64,000 bases of DNA, taken from contig CBDCWP010000030.1 of assembly GCA_965223505.1 (NCBI GenBank), forward strand, positions 244,860-308,859. Reading direction: 5' to 3'. Origin of the DNA: Planctomycetota bacterium. Lineage in GTDB: Bacteria > Planctomycetota > PLA2 > JAEUHO01. Positions within the stretch are counted from its first letter, which is position 1; the number at the start of each line of letters is the position of its first letter. The notes beneath the pieces were generated by a model. That model was not told the DNA's origin. It made no database searches and saw only the letters and a list, made by a program, of their open reading frames with translations. Positions 12,354-22,980 of the stretch are shown here, piece by piece. The translations under genes were made by a program, and so were the position numbers.

Positions 12354-14876
12354 ATGCTCAAGCCTGCATCGACCCGGCACACGTTGCTGCGCAGTATCGT
12401 GCTCTTGACCAGCGCAACCGCTGCGTACGGTCTCACGGGGTTCGAGGCGGAGCTCAGCGGCCTGAACGTGCTCATGCTCGCGCACTTCGTATCGGTGTAC
12501 AGCGCCGCCGCGCTCAAGCCCGCGACCCTGACGATTCGAGCGCGCATTGCGTATCTCACCGGCGATCTGGTGGTGCTCGGATCGGTCGCCTACCTCGCAT
12601 CGGTCCCGGCGCACGCGGAGCTCGGACATCACTCGGTATTCCTCGCCGCGTTCGTCATCTCGACGATGGCCGCCGTGATCGGGCGCGAGTCCGTCGCGGC
12701 ACTGTTCGCGGTGCTGAGCGGCATGTTGGTCATCGGGCTCGGCGCCGCGCTGTTGAGCCGACAGGGCGCAGACGTCGAGTGGCTCGTGATCGCCGCGCAG
12801 ATGCTCTGGATCGTGATCGCCGCGGCCGAAGCCGCGATCATCACGGACTGGGTAGACCGCAAGAACGCGTGGATGCAGCTCAACAACTCCGTCGATCGCG
12901 AGCTCAAGGCGCGCGAGGACGAAGCGGCGGAGCTCAAGGCCTTCTCGCACTCGCTCGCCGACGCCGTCGGTGTGCATGAGCTGGCCGACGCGGTGTTGCG
13001 CCACCTGCGATGCCATCTCGAGGTGCGCGCACGCGCGATCGTCATCGAGTCGGACAGCGACGAGGTCGCGGTGTGGGAGGAGTCGGGGCGACTCGAACAC
13101 GACCACATCGAACGTCGGCGCGTCGCCGTTCAAAAGGCGCTGTCACGCAACGGCTCCAACTACGTCATCCACCGCCTGATGGGCCGCTCGATGAGCAGCC
13201 GCTCGCTGCCGGAGAAGCTCGATTTCCACACGTCCGTCGACGTGCCGATCCAAGCCGGCGGCCGCGTCGCCGGCCTGCTCTTGCTCGCCGACCCCGCGCG
13301 CGGCGCGCTGCCGCCCCACCGCATCGGCATCCTGGCGGACGTCGCGCGGCAGGCCGGTGAGGCGCTTCAGCGAATCGAACGCCGGCGCGATCTCGAGAAC
13401 CGCCGTACGGCGCTGTTGCTGCGCCAGATGCGCGAAGGCGTGCTGCTCCTGGGGCCCGACGGCAACGTGCTTCTGGCCAATCCGGCGGCGAAGACAGCGC
13501 TGGCCGCCAGCGCCGACGAGACCGGCTCGGAGTCCATCGGCGGCGTGTCGCTGCGGGAGCTCGGCAAGACGCCGCCCGGCATCTCGCGCCGTTTCCGCGC
13601 GCACATCGCCGGCGCGACCGAGGGCGAGCGCGCAACCGAGCTGTCCTGCACCGCCGTCGGCGTCATGGACAACGGCAAGCGGGTCGGCACGCTGGTCACC
13701 ATCACGGACATCACCGACGAGGAGCTCGCCCGCCGTCAGCTCATGCAGGCGGAGCGCAGCACCCTCGTCGGACAGACCCTCGCCGGCGTCGCGCACGAGC
13801 TCAACAACCCGCTCGCGGCTTTGATCGGATACGCCGACATCCTCGGCGCGCAGGAGGTGCCCGCCACGATCGAGAAGCCGGTGCGGCGCATGCGCGAGCA
13901 GGCGCAGCGCGCAACCCGCATCGTTCGCAACCTCTTGAACTTCGCGCGACGGCGGAATCCGACGCGCAGCGAAACCCATCTCGGCGAGCTCGTCGAGGCG
14001 ACCGTGGAGCTCTTCGCGTACGAGGCGCGCATGATCGACGCGGAGCTCGACGTCGACATCCCCGACGACGCTCCGATCGTCCTCGCCGACAAGCACGCAC
14101 TGCAACAGATCCTCGTCAACCTGGTGCAGAACGCGCTGCACGCGTTGGCGGCGTGGAACGGCGATCGAAAGCTCTCGATCTCGTTGCAGGCCGCAGGCGA
14201 GATGGTCGCACTCACCGTCGCCGATACCGGCGGCGGCGTACCGGACGAACTGCGGACGAGCATCTTCCAGCCGTTCTTCACCACGAAGGGCCCCGGCAAG
14301 GGAACGGGCCTGGGGCTCGCGCTCTCCGCATCGATCGCGCGTGAGCACGGCGGCGAGCTGATCCTCGAGCCCGACACGGGCGTCGGAGCGAGGTTCGTCT
14401 TGCGGCTGCCGGTGCGCGCGTCGGCCCCGGAGACGACGCCGGCCATCGACGACCCGTTGGAGGGCCTCATGCGCTCCGTCCCGGGTCACATCCTCGTGGT
14501 CGACGACGAGCCGTCGGTGCGCGAGTCGCTCGTGACGCAGCTCGGCAACCTGGGTTCGCGCGTGGACAGCGCGCGGGACTCGGCGGAGGCCGAGCGGATG
14601 ATCAACGACGGCCACTACGACGCCGTCCTGCTCGACATCCGCATGCCGGGAGCGTCGGGCATCGAGCTGCATCGGACGATCGCGAAACGGAACCCGACGC
14701 TGGCGGACAAGGTCGTGTTCATGACGGGCGACTTCGTCAACGACGATGTCCTGGGCCGGGTCATGAAGACCGGCAATCAGCTGCTCGAGAAGCCGTTCAC
14801 GATGGATGAGCTCACGAAGGCGCTCGGACATACGCCCAAGCCGCCCCCCTCGCACCCGTACACCATCACGTCGTAG
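12354..14876 (+). CDS. Membrane hybrid sensor histidine kinase (TMs, GAF, PAS, HisKA/HATPase, receiver)
   Basis: H-box 'AGVAHELNNPL', N-box 'NLVQNA', G-box 'FFTTKGPGKGTGLGL', and receiver motifs 'LVVDDE..LLDIRMPG..KPF'. Confidence 0.92.
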   Translation: MLKPASTRHTLLRSIVLLTSATAAYGLTGFEAELSGLNVLMLAHFVSVYSAAALKPATLTIRARIAYLTGDLVVLGSVAYLASVPAHAELGHHSVFLAAFVISTMAAVIGRESVAALFAVLSGMLVIGLGAALLSRQGADVEWLVIAAQMLWIVIAAAEAAIITDWVDRKNAWMQLNNSVDRELKAREDEAAELKAFSHSLADAVGVHELADAVLRHLRCHLEVRARAIVIESDSDEVAVWEESGRLEHDHIERRRVAVQKALSRNGSNYVIHRLMGRSMSSRSLPEKLDFHTSVDVPIQAGGRVAGLLLLADPARGALPPHRIGILADVARQAGEALQRIERRRDLENRRTALLLRQMREGVLLLGPDGNVLLANPAAKTALAASADETGSESIGGVSLRELGKTPPGISRRFRAHIAGATEGERATELSCTAVGVMDNGKRVGTLVTITDITDEELARRQLMQAERSTLVGQTLAGVAHELNNPLAALIGYADILGAQEVPATIEKPVRRMREQAQRATRIVRNLLNFARRRNPTRSETHLGELVEATVELFAYEARMIDAELDVDIPDDAPIVLADKHALQQILVNLVQNALHALAAWNGDRKLSISLQAAGEMVALTVADTGGGVPDELRTSIFQPFFTTKGPGKGTGLGLALSASIAREHGGELILEPDTGVGARFVLRLPVRASAPETTPAIDDPLEGLMRSVPGHILVVDDEPSVRESLVTQLGNLGSRVDSARDSAEAERMINDGHYDAVLLDIRMPGASGIELHRTIAKRNPTLADKVVFMTGDFVNDDVLGRVMKTGNQLLEKPFTMDELTKALGHTPKPPPSHPYTITS

Positions 14877-14921
14877 CTCCCGTCGCGGGCAGAGGCAACC
14901 GCCGCTCGGTCGCGATCCGAC

Positions 14922-16163
14922 TCAACGTTCCTTCGATCGCGAAACGCGCGCAAGCCGCGCCCCGACCCAACGCATGCCGGCGAAACCGCTCAACGCGCCG
15001 AACACGCCCGCGATGCCGAACAGAACGCGCGTTCCCGCCGCTTGTGCGATCCACCCGCACGCGAGCGCCGACAGCGACGTCATGCCGAGCACCGTCAGGT
15101 TGACGAGGGCGAACACCTTGCCGCGTCGCTCCTCGGGCACGTGCACCTGCAGCAGGCTCGTGCGGCCGACCACGATGAACGGGATGAAGACGCCGTGCGC
15201 CGTGATCAGCAGCAGCGCCGGGACGTAGTCGGCGATCCAGAGGAACGGGATGTACGTAAGCCCGTCCATCACCATGCCCCACAGCACGACCTTGCCCATC
15301 GGCCAGCGCCGGCCCATGCGGCTCAGCCACAGCGCCCCCAACAGCATGCCCACGGCCATGCAGCCCTCGAACCACGCCAGATGCTGGGGGCCGAGCTCGT
15401 ACACGTTGCGAATCAACAGAACGGCGCCCACGATCGCGGGGCCCATGATGGCGAGGTTGTTGAGCGCCGTCAGCACCAGCAACCCGCCGACGACCTTGTC
15501 GCGCCTGGCGTACGCGAGCCCCTCGCCGACCTCGCGCCAGAAGCCGCCGCGCGCGCCCTTCGTCCGGCGCCGGCGTGGATGCACGATCAGCAGGAGCGCG
15601 ATCGCCGAGACGACGAACGTCAACCCGTCGAGCTGCAGCACGTCGAGCACGCGCTCGGACTCGTCGCCGGATCCGCCCGCCAGGAGGAGCCCGCCCGCCG
15701 ACAGTCCGACGATCAACGCCAGGTGTTGCGACGTCTGCAAGAACGCGTTCCAACGCGTCAAGGAGGCGCCGCCGACCAGCTCGGGCAGGAACGCGTCGCG
15801 CGCAGCCATGAAAGGCGCGGAGAACGCCGCCAGAAGGAACGCAACGCCGATGATCAGCGGATACGACACGCCGCCCACGGCCATCACGACGACGGGCAGC
15901 GCGATCAGCGTCGCGGCACGCACGACGTCGGAGACGATCATGAGCGTGCGGCGGTCGAGCCGGTCGGCGAACGTGCCCGCCATCGGACCGAACAGGAGAT
16001 GCGGGACCGTGGCGATGAAAACGGCGAACCCTACGGGCGCTTCGTCGCCGGTGACGTCGCCGACCAGCCAGAGGATGCAAGGGAGGAAGAGCGAGTCGCC
16101 GACGGCCGAGATGAACTGCGCGGTCCAGAGCAGCCACGCGTTGCGCTGAACGCGATCGCTCAC
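14922..16163 (-). CDS. MFS transporter (DHA3/macrolide-efflux-like)
   Basis: MFS motif A 'GTFADRLDRRTLMI', about 12 hydrophobic segments, 'VPEERRGKVF'; GTG start overlaps the upstream stop. Confidence 0.88.
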   Translation of the reverse strand: MSDRVQRNAWLLWTAQFISAVGDSLFLPCILWLVGDVTGDEAPVGFAVFIATVPHLLFGPMAGTFADRLDRRTLMIVSDVVRAATLIALPVVVMAVGGVSYPLIIGVAFLLAAFSAPFMAARDAFLPELVGGASLTRWNAFLQTSQHLALIVGLSAGGLLLAGGSGDESERVLDVLQLDGLTFVVSAIALLLIVHPRRRRTKGARGGFWREVGEGLAYARRDKVVGGLLVLTALNNLAIMGPAIVGAVLLIRNVYELGPQHLAWFEGCMAVGMLLGALWLSRMGRRWPMGKVVLWGMVMDGLTYIPFLWIADYVPALLLITAHGVFIPFIVVGRTSLLQVHVPEERRGKVFALVNLTVLGMTSLSALACGWIAQAAGTRVLFGIAGVFGALSGFAGMRWVGARLARVSRSKER

Positions 16164-17578
16164 TTGTCTTCGGTGGGGTGCCACGGCACCACTTCGATCG
16201 GGCAGACTTGCGGCAGCGGCCCTGCGCCGGGCCCCGTCTTCGGCTTCAGCTCGCCGGCGGCGCGCGCGAGCCAGTAGGCGAAGAGCCAGTCGGCACGCGT
16301 GAGCGTCATGGTCGGGTGATCGGGCGAGCCCTTGACCGGCTTGCGTACGAGATTCAGCCGCGACTTCCAAGCCCAGTTGTGATGTCCCTCGCGCTCCCGG
16401 ATGGTCGCGATGCGGCGCACCGTCCACTCCGCGATGTCGCGCTTGGGAATCTCACGTTCCGACATGATGTGAAGCACGGCGCGCAGCTCGGCGATGATGC
16501 CCGGCCGCCGGCCGCCCGCGATGCCGCCGAGCAGCTGGCACGCGCAGTAGCCCGCGTTCCACCAGCCACGCGTCGCTCGGTGCAGCGCTTCGAGGCCCTT
16601 GCGCGCGTGATGCTGCGCCTTGCCGTCGCGCGCCCACAGGCGAATGGCGAGCAACGCGACGTGGGTCATGTTCACGTTCGACGCGGTCAGCGCGGGCCTC
16701 ACCCAGGTGTGTTGGTCGTCGAGCGCCTGCGGATAGCGCTTGCGAATGAGCTCCAGGTACTCGAGCTTCACGGGTTGATCGTCGGTCGCATTCGCGGCAA
16801 CGGCGAAAGGCGCGAGCGCGATCGCGGCGTTCTGACCGTTGCCGACGCCGAGGACCTTCACGTCCCGGCGCAAGTCGCCGAACCGGGTCTTCTTGCCGGT
16901 GTGGTCGCGCAACCACATGCCGTCGTCCCACAGACGCCGCGCGACGTTCTTGATCTGCTCCTTGGCGAGCGCCTGGATCTCGGGATCGTCCACGTAGCGC
17001 AGGATGCACGCCCAGCCGAGCGTGAGTCCGGAGAGCTGATCGCGGCTCACGTCCGGTCGGAACGCCATGCCTTCGATCGCCGGCGACGCGATCACCTTCT
17101 CGAGCGGCGGCGAACCCGCGACCAGCCGGGACTTGTCCTGGACGATGCGGCCGGCATTGCGCGCGAAGCGCCCCGGCTGTCCGGTGACGTCCGAGAGCAC
17201 CGCGAGGCCCTTTGCCAGATGGCGCACCTGTTCGAGCGCATCGGGGTCCTTGGTGACGTGCCAGCGGCAGGCCTGGCTGGCGGCGTAGCAACCGGTCCAC
17301 ATCGCGGCGTCGGAGAGCGTGAGCGCGTAGTGCGAGAGCACCTCTTCGCCGGCGCCCTGCTGGTGATAGTCGACGAGCAGGCCTTCCGGCGACAGGTGCC
17401 ACCACATGCGCGCCTGGATGCGCATCGCCTTCGCGTAGAGCATCGCGTCGGTGTTGCCCGGCTTGGGAACGATCGGCTTGCCGGGACCGAATCCGCCGCC
17501 TTTGCGCGGGTGCGCCTCGACGGACGGCGTCCAGGCGAGGCACAGCGCGAACAGAAGGAGGGCGACGAGGCGGCGCAT
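16160..17578 (-). CDS. Hypothetical secreted protein (possible alpha/alpha-toroid fold)
   Basis: Signal peptide MRRLVALLLFALCLAWTPSVEA; motifs 'DAAMWTGCY' and 'SRDQLSG'. Function unknown. Confidence 0.65.
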   Translation of the reverse strand: MRRLVALLLFALCLAWTPSVEAHPRKGGGFGPGKPIVPKPGNTDAMLYAKAMRIQARMWWHLSPEGLLVDYHQQGAGEEVLSHYALTLSDAAMWTGCYAASQACRWHVTKDPDALEQVRHLAKGLAVLSDVTGQPGRFARNAGRIVQDKSRLVAGSPPLEKVIASPAIEGMAFRPDVSRDQLSGLTLGWACILRYVDDPEIQALAKEQIKNVARRLWDDGMWLRDHTGKKTRFGDLRRDVKVLGVGNGQNAAIALAPFAVAANATDDQPVKLEYLELIRKRYPQALDDQHTWVRPALTASNVNMTHVALLAIRLWARDGKAQHHARKGLEALHRATRGWWNAGYCACQLLGGIAGGRRPGIIAELRAVLHIMSEREIPKRDIAEWTVRRIATIREREGHHNWAWKSRLNLVRKPVKGSPDHPTMTLTRADWLFAYWLARAAGELKPKTGPGAGPLPQVCPIEVVPWHPTEDK

Positions 17579-17646
17579 CGGGCGCGCAATGCTACAGGCA
17601 GCGTGCAGGGGCCGGTCCCTGTGTCCGCCAGGGTCACCTTGACCAG

Positions 17647-17673
17647 TTGGGCGACCACGAGGGTCGCCCCTAC
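17647..17673. repeat. Single REP copy
   Basis: TTGGGCGACCACGAGGGTCGCCCCTAC; overlaps the stop codon of the adjacent ABC ATPase gene. Confidence 0.88.
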
Positions 17674-18452
17674 AGGACGCGCTCGAAGAAGGCCCGCGTC
17701 CGCTCGTCCTTCGGGTTCGTCAACACCTGCTCGGCGTCTCCGATCTCCAGAATGCGCCCTTCCTGCAGAAAGGCCACCCGGTCCGCCGCCTCGCGCGCGA
17801 ACGCGTACTCGTGCGTCACCACCATCAGTGTGCGCTTGTGCTCGGCTGCGAGCGCCCGCATCACCTCCAACACCTCCGCCGTCATCTCCGGGTCGAGCGC
17901 CGACGTCGGCTCGTCGAACAAAAGGATCTCGGGATCCATCGCCAGCACGCGCGCGATCGCAACGCGCTGCTGCTGTCCGCCCGACAGCTGCCGCGGATAG
18001 TTGTTCGCCTTCTCCGCCAGGCCGACCCGCTCGAGCAGCGACGCCGCGCGCTTCGCCGCGGCCTCCGGCGCCACGCCGTTGACCTTCACGGGCGCCAGCG
18101 TGACGTTCTCCAGCGCCGTCTTGTGCGGATACAGATGAAACGCCTGGAACACGAACCCGATCTTGCGCCGCAGCGGGATCCAGAACGGATCGCTGATCGA
18201 TCCGCCGCCGTCGGCCGCGGGCACGACCTTGCCGAGCACCGTCATCTCGCCCGCGTCGCGCACCTCCAGACCGTTGAGCAATCGCAACAACGTCGACTTG
18301 CCGCCGCCGCTCGGTCCCACCAGCGCGACGACCTCGCCCGCGTACACCTCGAGATCGACGCCCGATAGCACTTCGAGCGCCCCGAAGCGCTTCACCACGC
18401 CGTGCAGCTCGATCTGGGGCGCGCGTGCGTCCTGCTGGCCGGCGCCGGTCAG
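17670..18452 (-). CDS. Polar amino-acid ABC transporter ATP-binding protein (GlnQ-like); start probably CTG 18452
   Basis: Walker A 'GPSGGGKST', signature 'LSGGQQQRV', 'LFDEPTSALDPE' and 'VTHE'. Confidence 0.9.
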   Translation of the reverse strand: MTGAGQQDARAPQIELHGVVKRFGALEVLSGVDLEVYAGEVVALVGPSGGGKSTLLRLLNGLEVRDAGEMTVLGKVVPAADGGGSISDPFWIPLRRKIGFVFQAFHLYPHKTALENVTLAPVKVNGVAPEAAAKRAASLLERVGLAEKANNYPRQLSGGQQQRVAIARVLAMDPEILLFDEPTSALDPEMTAEVLEVMRALAAEHKRTLMVVTHEYAFAREAADRVAFLQEGRILEIGDAEQVLTNPKDERTRAFFERVL

Positions 18453-18751
18453 ACGCGAAGCTCCATCACCTGGAACTGCGGATCACGTACGTGCCGATAC
18501 GGAACCGACGGCAGGTCGCTCGCCGTGCGCACGTGTTTCGACATCTCGACGTACGCGTCACGGTCGGGCAGCACGTTGAGCTCCACGAGCCGGCCGGTCG
18601 GTCCCGTCGGGCCGACCTCCTCGTAGACCTCGTAGCGCGTCGACCCCTTGCCTTCCCAGTACGGCTTGAGCTCCTCCCTGGCGCGGCGCAGGAAGTCGTC
18701 CTTGTGGCAGGCTTCGATCGAGAACGTCACCAAGCTGATCACGTGGGCCAT
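18449..18751 (-). CDS. Small hypothetical protein (possibly dimeric alpha-beta barrel)
   Basis: 100-aa ORF with typical codon usage, coupled to the ABC ATPase gene. Confidence 0.6.
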   Translation of the reverse strand: MAHVISLVTFSIEACHKDDFLRRAREELKPYWEGKGSTRYEVYEEVGPTGPTGRLVELNVLPDRDAYVEMSKHVRTASDLPSVPYRHVRDPQFQVMELRV

Positions 18752-18828
18752 GGGTCAAGGATCCCGAGGACGTCCCCGCAGGCCTCCGATTTACCGACTG
18801 CCGCGCAGCGGGTGGTAGCCTCGTAGCC

Positions 18829-19281
18829 GTGCGCACGCTGCTGCTCATCCTCCTGCCCGCCGCCGCCGCCTTCGGAATCTGGCAGTACTTCGACGACGGA
18901 GCGCCGGAGGCGGAGCGCGAGGACCGCCCGCGCGTCGAGCGCGACAGCCCGAACGATCCCCGGGCCTATGCGCGCGGCCGCATCCGATACGGCACCCTGA
19001 TCGTGTCCGTCCAGACCCGCGAAGGGACCATCCCCGAGGGCATCGAGGTCGGCTACTTCGAGCCCTACCGGGACGCACCGCGGTTGGTCTACGCCGACCG
19101 CAACGGCCGCCGCACCTTCACGGACGCGCCCTTGGGCGAGATCGAGGTCATCGCGCAAGCCCCCGGCTACAAGCGCGCCAAGCGCAAGGCCGTGCTCCAG
19201 GCGGGCATCCAGGAGAGCGTGAAGCTCTTTCTCCTCCCCGGCGACGGCGATCTCGACGCCAAGCTGCCGAGCGACGGCTAG
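18829..19281 (+). CDS. Membrane-anchored protein with carboxypeptidase-regulatory-like beta-sandwich
   Basis: N-terminal TM helix; 'DRNGRRTFTDAPLGEIEVIAQAPGY' pattern. Confidence 0.65.
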   Translation: MRTLLLILLPAAAAFGIWQYFDDGAPEAEREDRPRVERDSPNDPRAYARGRIRYGTLIVSVQTREGTIPEGIEVGYFEPYRDAPRLVYADRNGRRTFTDAPLGEIEVIAQAPGYKRAKRKAVLQAGIQESVKLFLLPGDGDLDAKLPSDG

Positions 19282-19391
19282 CACCGCGCCGGACGACCGC
19301 CAGCCGCCGGCCGTGAAGACCGCCGGACCACCGGTCCGGATTCCGGGAAGGACGGCCGAGATGACGGCGTCGAAGCTGCGGGGGTAGAACC

Positions 19392-20891
19392 TTGGCCTCG
19401 TCGCGACTCGCACTCCCGTCCGCCCTCCTCGCGGTCGCGGTATGCCTGCTCCTGGCCGCCTGCGGCGGCGCCGCGCCGGTGCTGGGCGCCGGATCGGCCG
19501 GGACGCAAGCTCCCGACGCCTCGAGTCCGGATGCGATCGTCGTCGCCACCGATGCCGACGGAGACGGCCGCGCGGACGTCCTGCTGCTCGACCCGGACGG
19601 CGAGCTCGCGTCGTTGGCGTGGCGGGCAGACGACGCCGGCTTCGCGGAGCTGATCGCGCCGGACGAGGGCGTGACGACCGTCGAGCACGGCATCCTGGGC
19701 CGCCCGCCCTTCGTGCTGCGCTCTGGCGGCGGCGTACACCGGCTGGCCGGCAGCGTGTCGGGCGCCGCCGGCGCCCCGTTCGTCGTGCTGCACACCGGGC
19801 GCGCCGACGACATGCCGCTCGGCCCGCCCGAGGTGGACGAGGTCGTCCCGGCGGCCGGCGTGCCCGGCACCTGGGTCACGCTCCGCGGTCGCGGGCTGGC
19901 TGCGCGTGGCGAGGCCACCCGCGTGCTGTTCGACGACGTCGAGGCCGCCGTCCTCGTCGCCGTGCCGGAGTTCGTGGTCGCGGTCGTCCCGATGGACCTC
20001 GCGCCGGGCGGAACGATGCTGGTCGTCGAACGCGATGACGAGCGCAGCGTGGCACAGCCGTTCGAGATCACCGCCCAGACCGCGCCGCGCATCGACGCGG
20101 TGCATCCGCAGCCGGTCGTCGCGGGCGCGCTCGCGCTCCTCCGCGGCGCCGACCTCGGCACCCCGGGCAACGACGTCACCGTGGACTTCGACGGCGTGGC
20201 CGCGCGTCACGTCGTGCCGCTGGGCGACCGCCTGATCGTCGAGGTGCCGCACGGCGCCATGGCGGGCGCGGTCACTGTGCGCGTCGACGGCGTGCCGAGC
20301 GAACCGTTCAACGTCGAGATCACGCTGGAGCAACCCACGCCGGTCATCGAGCAGGTGACGCCGGCGGCCGCGTCGCCGGGCTCGCTCGTGCGCCTCGACG
20401 GATCCAACTTCTTCGTCCCCGGAGAGCGCGTGCGGGTCCACTTCGGCGGCGCCCCGGCCGCGGTGTTCGAAGCCGACACCGACTCGCTCACCGTCGTCGT
20501 TCCGCCGGACGCCGATTCCGGCTCCGTGTCCGTGCATGTGGGCGAGCGCGTGTCGGAGCCCGCGACGTTCGACCTCCTCGTTCGCTCGGCGCCGACACTC
20601 GTCGAGATCACCCCGAACGAAGGTGCGCCCCGCGACCGCATTCTCCTTCACGGCAGCGATCTCTTCGACCTCTCGCAGTGGCGTGCGGACCGTCCTCCGC
20701 CCGCACTGGACCCCTTCGGCGACGTGGACGTTCGCTTCGGCGACGTGCGCGCCTGGGCTTTCCTTCCGACGATCGAGGGTCTCTCGGTCATCGTTCCGTT
20801 CCGCGCTCAGAGCGGCGACGTCACGGTCTCGGTGAACGGCGTTCGCAGCAATGTCGTACAGGTCACCGTGCGCGAAACATCCGCCCCGTAG
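19392..20891 (+). CDS. IPT/TIG-repeat lipoprotein
   Basis: Lipobox LLAAC and four repeats of the type 'P.I..V.P....G..V.L.G......V.F'. Confidence 0.8.
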   Translation: MASSRLALPSALLAVAVCLLLAACGGAAPVLGAGSAGTQAPDASSPDAIVVATDADGDGRADVLLLDPDGELASLAWRADDAGFAELIAPDEGVTTVEHGILGRPPFVLRSGGGVHRLAGSVSGAAGAPFVVLHTGRADDMPLGPPEVDEVVPAAGVPGTWVTLRGRGLAARGEATRVLFDDVEAAVLVAVPEFVVAVVPMDLAPGGTMLVVERDDERSVAQPFEITAQTAPRIDAVHPQPVVAGALALLRGADLGTPGNDVTVDFDGVAARHVVPLGDRLIVEVPHGAMAGAVTVRVDGVPSEPFNVEITLEQPTPVIEQVTPAAASPGSLVRLDGSNFFVPGERVRVHFGGAPAAVFEADTDSLTVVVPPDADSGSVSVHVGERVSEPATFDLLVRSAPTLVEITPNEGAPRDRILLHGSDLFDLSQWRADRPPPALDPFGDVDVRFGDVRAWAFLPTIEGLSVIVPFRAQSGDVTVSVNGVRSNVVQVTVRETSAP

Positions 20892-20913
20892 AGGACGTGC
20901 TACGCTCGATTGC

Positions 20914-22146
20914 ATGTCCGACGGACCGACGGCAAAGAGCACCGCGCCCTTCGAGGAGCGCTACTTCCGCAAGGGTCTCGGTCTGCGCCAGGAGGTGCGC
21001 GGCGAGGTCAGCAACGAGTACTGCTCTGACCTCGTTCAGCACTTCAAGGACAGCGGCTACACCCTCGAGATGGGCGACACGACGTATCGTCTCGCCCAGG
21101 AGTTCGGCTTCTGCTACGGCGTCGAGCGCTCGGTGGACTACGCGTACGAGACGCTGAAGCGCTTTCCCGACAAGCGCATCGTCCTCACCGGCGAGATCAT
21201 CCACAACCCGAAGGTGAACGGGCGGCTGCGTGAGCTCGGGATCCGTTTCTACGGCGACGAGGGCATGTCGGGCGCTGCCGACCTGACGCCGGACGACGTC
21301 GTCATCCTGCCGGCCTTCGGCGTTGCGACCGGCGAGATGGACGCCGTGCGCGACGCGGGCGCCGTGGTCGTCGACACCACGTGCGGATCGGTGCTGAACG
21401 TCTGGAAAAACGTCGAGCGCTACGCGAAGCACGACATGACGTCGCTCGTGCACGGCAAGCACGATCACGAGGAGACGCGCGCGACGGTGAGCCGCGTCAC
21501 GATGCACGGCGGCCACTACGTCGTCGTGCTCGACATGGACGAGGCGCAGATCGTGGCCGACACGATCGCCGGCGCCGTCGACGCCGAGACGTTTCTGCGC
21601 ACGTTCCCCGCGCCGAAGACGTCGCCGGGCTTCGACCCAGCGCGGCACCTCGAGCGCATCGGCGTCGCCAACCAGACCACGATGCTGGCCGGCGAGTCGC
21701 TGGCGATCGCACGCCGCATCGGCGAGGCGCTGGACGCACGCTACGGCGACGGCGCCGACACGGAGCGTTTCCGTTCCTTCGACACGATTTGCTCCGCGAC
21801 GCAGGAACGGCAGGACGCGCTGCGCGACCTCATCGAAGAGCCGCTCGATCTGCTCGTGGTGGTCGGCGGCTACAACTCGTCCAACACCGGGCATCTGGTC
21901 GAGATGGCCGAGGGCGTCGTTCCCGTGTTCCACGTGAAGGGCGCCGAGTGCTTGGTGAGCGCGGACCGGATTCGCCACAAGCCCGTCGGCCGAACGGACG
22001 AATTCGAGGCGCGTGACTGGCTGCCGGCGAAGCCCGGCGCCGTGATCGGTCTCTCGTCCGGCGCGTCGACGCCGGACGCGGTGCTCGGCGCCGTCGTGCA
22101 CCGCTTGCACGAGCTGCGGTCGGGCGCGACTGCGCCCGGGGCGTGA
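20914..22146 (+). CDS. ispH: 4-hydroxy-3-methylbut-2-enyl diphosphate reductase
   Basis: Motifs 'FGFCYGVERS', 'IIHNP', 'DTTC', 'NQTTM', 'TICSATQERQ', 'SSNT' and 'GASTP'. Confidence 0.93.
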   Translation: MSDGPTAKSTAPFEERYFRKGLGLRQEVRGEVSNEYCSDLVQHFKDSGYTLEMGDTTYRLAQEFGFCYGVERSVDYAYETLKRFPDKRIVLTGEIIHNPKVNGRLRELGIRFYGDEGMSGAADLTPDDVVILPAFGVATGEMDAVRDAGAVVVDTTCGSVLNVWKNVERYAKHDMTSLVHGKHDHEETRATVSRVTMHGGHYVVVLDMDEAQIVADTIAGAVDAETFLRTFPAPKTSPGFDPARHLERIGVANQTTMLAGESLAIARRIGEALDARYGDGADTERFRSFDTICSATQERQDALRDLIEEPLDLLVVVGGYNSSNTGHLVEMAEGVVPVFHVKGAECLVSADRIRHKPVGRTDEFEARDWLPAKPGAVIGLSSGASTPDAVLGAVVHRLHELRSGATAPGA

Positions 22147-22841
22147 AGGTTCGCCGGCTTCATCCGTTCGACATGCCGCCGAAGGACGGCGTACGCCTGC
22201 AGCGCTGGCTGGCGTCGCAGGTGGAACCGCGGGGCCGCTTCCGCCGCAAGCTGCGCCACGTCGCGGCCGCCGACTGCTCGCCGTCGCCCGACGGCACCGT
22301 GCACGCGGCGGTCGTGTTGTGTGAAGCGCCCGACTGGGAGGTGGTCGAAGAAGCCCATGCGTCCGCCAAGCCGCTCATGCCGTACGTGCCGGGACTGCTC
22401 TCCTTCCGCGAGGCGCCGGTCGTGCTGGACGCGCTGCGCCGGCTGAAGACGACGCCGGACGTCCTGTTGGTCGACGGTCACGGACTCGCGCACCCGCGGC
22501 GAATGGGCATCGCGACCCACGTCGGGCTCCACATCGACGTGCCGACGATCGGTGTCGGGAAGAGCCGGCTCACCGGCGCCCACGACGAGCCCGGCCGCCG
22601 GTTCGGGCAGTGGGAGCCGCTCACGGACGACGGCGCGCGCATCGGCGCGGTCCTGCGCACGCGCGACGACGTGAAGCCGGTCTACGTGAGTGTCGGCAAC
22701 CGGATCGGACTGCTCCCGGCCGTTCGCATCGTGCTGAGCACGGTTCGGCGCTACCGGATTCCCGAGCCGATTCGGCACGCGGATCGCCGCAGCCGCGCTC
22801 GTGCGCGAGGCCGGAACCGGGCGAAGGCGGATCGAATGTAG
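22143..22841 (+). CDS. nfi: Endonuclease V
   Basis: Motifs 'PYVPGLLSFRE', 'VDGHGLAHPRRMGIA', 'IGVGKS', 'PVYVSVG' and 'PEPIRHAD'. Confidence 0.92.
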   Translation: MKVRRLHPFDMPPKDGVRLQRWLASQVEPRGRFRRKLRHVAAADCSPSPDGTVHAAVVLCEAPDWEVVEEAHASAKPLMPYVPGLLSFREAPVVLDALRRLKTTPDVLLVDGHGLAHPRRMGIATHVGLHIDVPTIGVGKSRLTGAHDEPGRRFGQWEPLTDDGARIGAVLRTRDDVKPVYVSVGNRIGLLPAVRIVLSTVRRYRIPEPIRHADRRSRARARGRNRAKADRM

Positions 22842-22980
22842 CGGACACGCGACAGGAGTGTGGCGGCACGGGCACACCCGCGGACGACAAAGGCGTCCGG
22901 TCGGCGACGGAGTACGCAACACTGACTGGCGGGCGACGGGGGTTTGTCGCACGCCGAATGACCTCATAGGTTGGTGGGCC

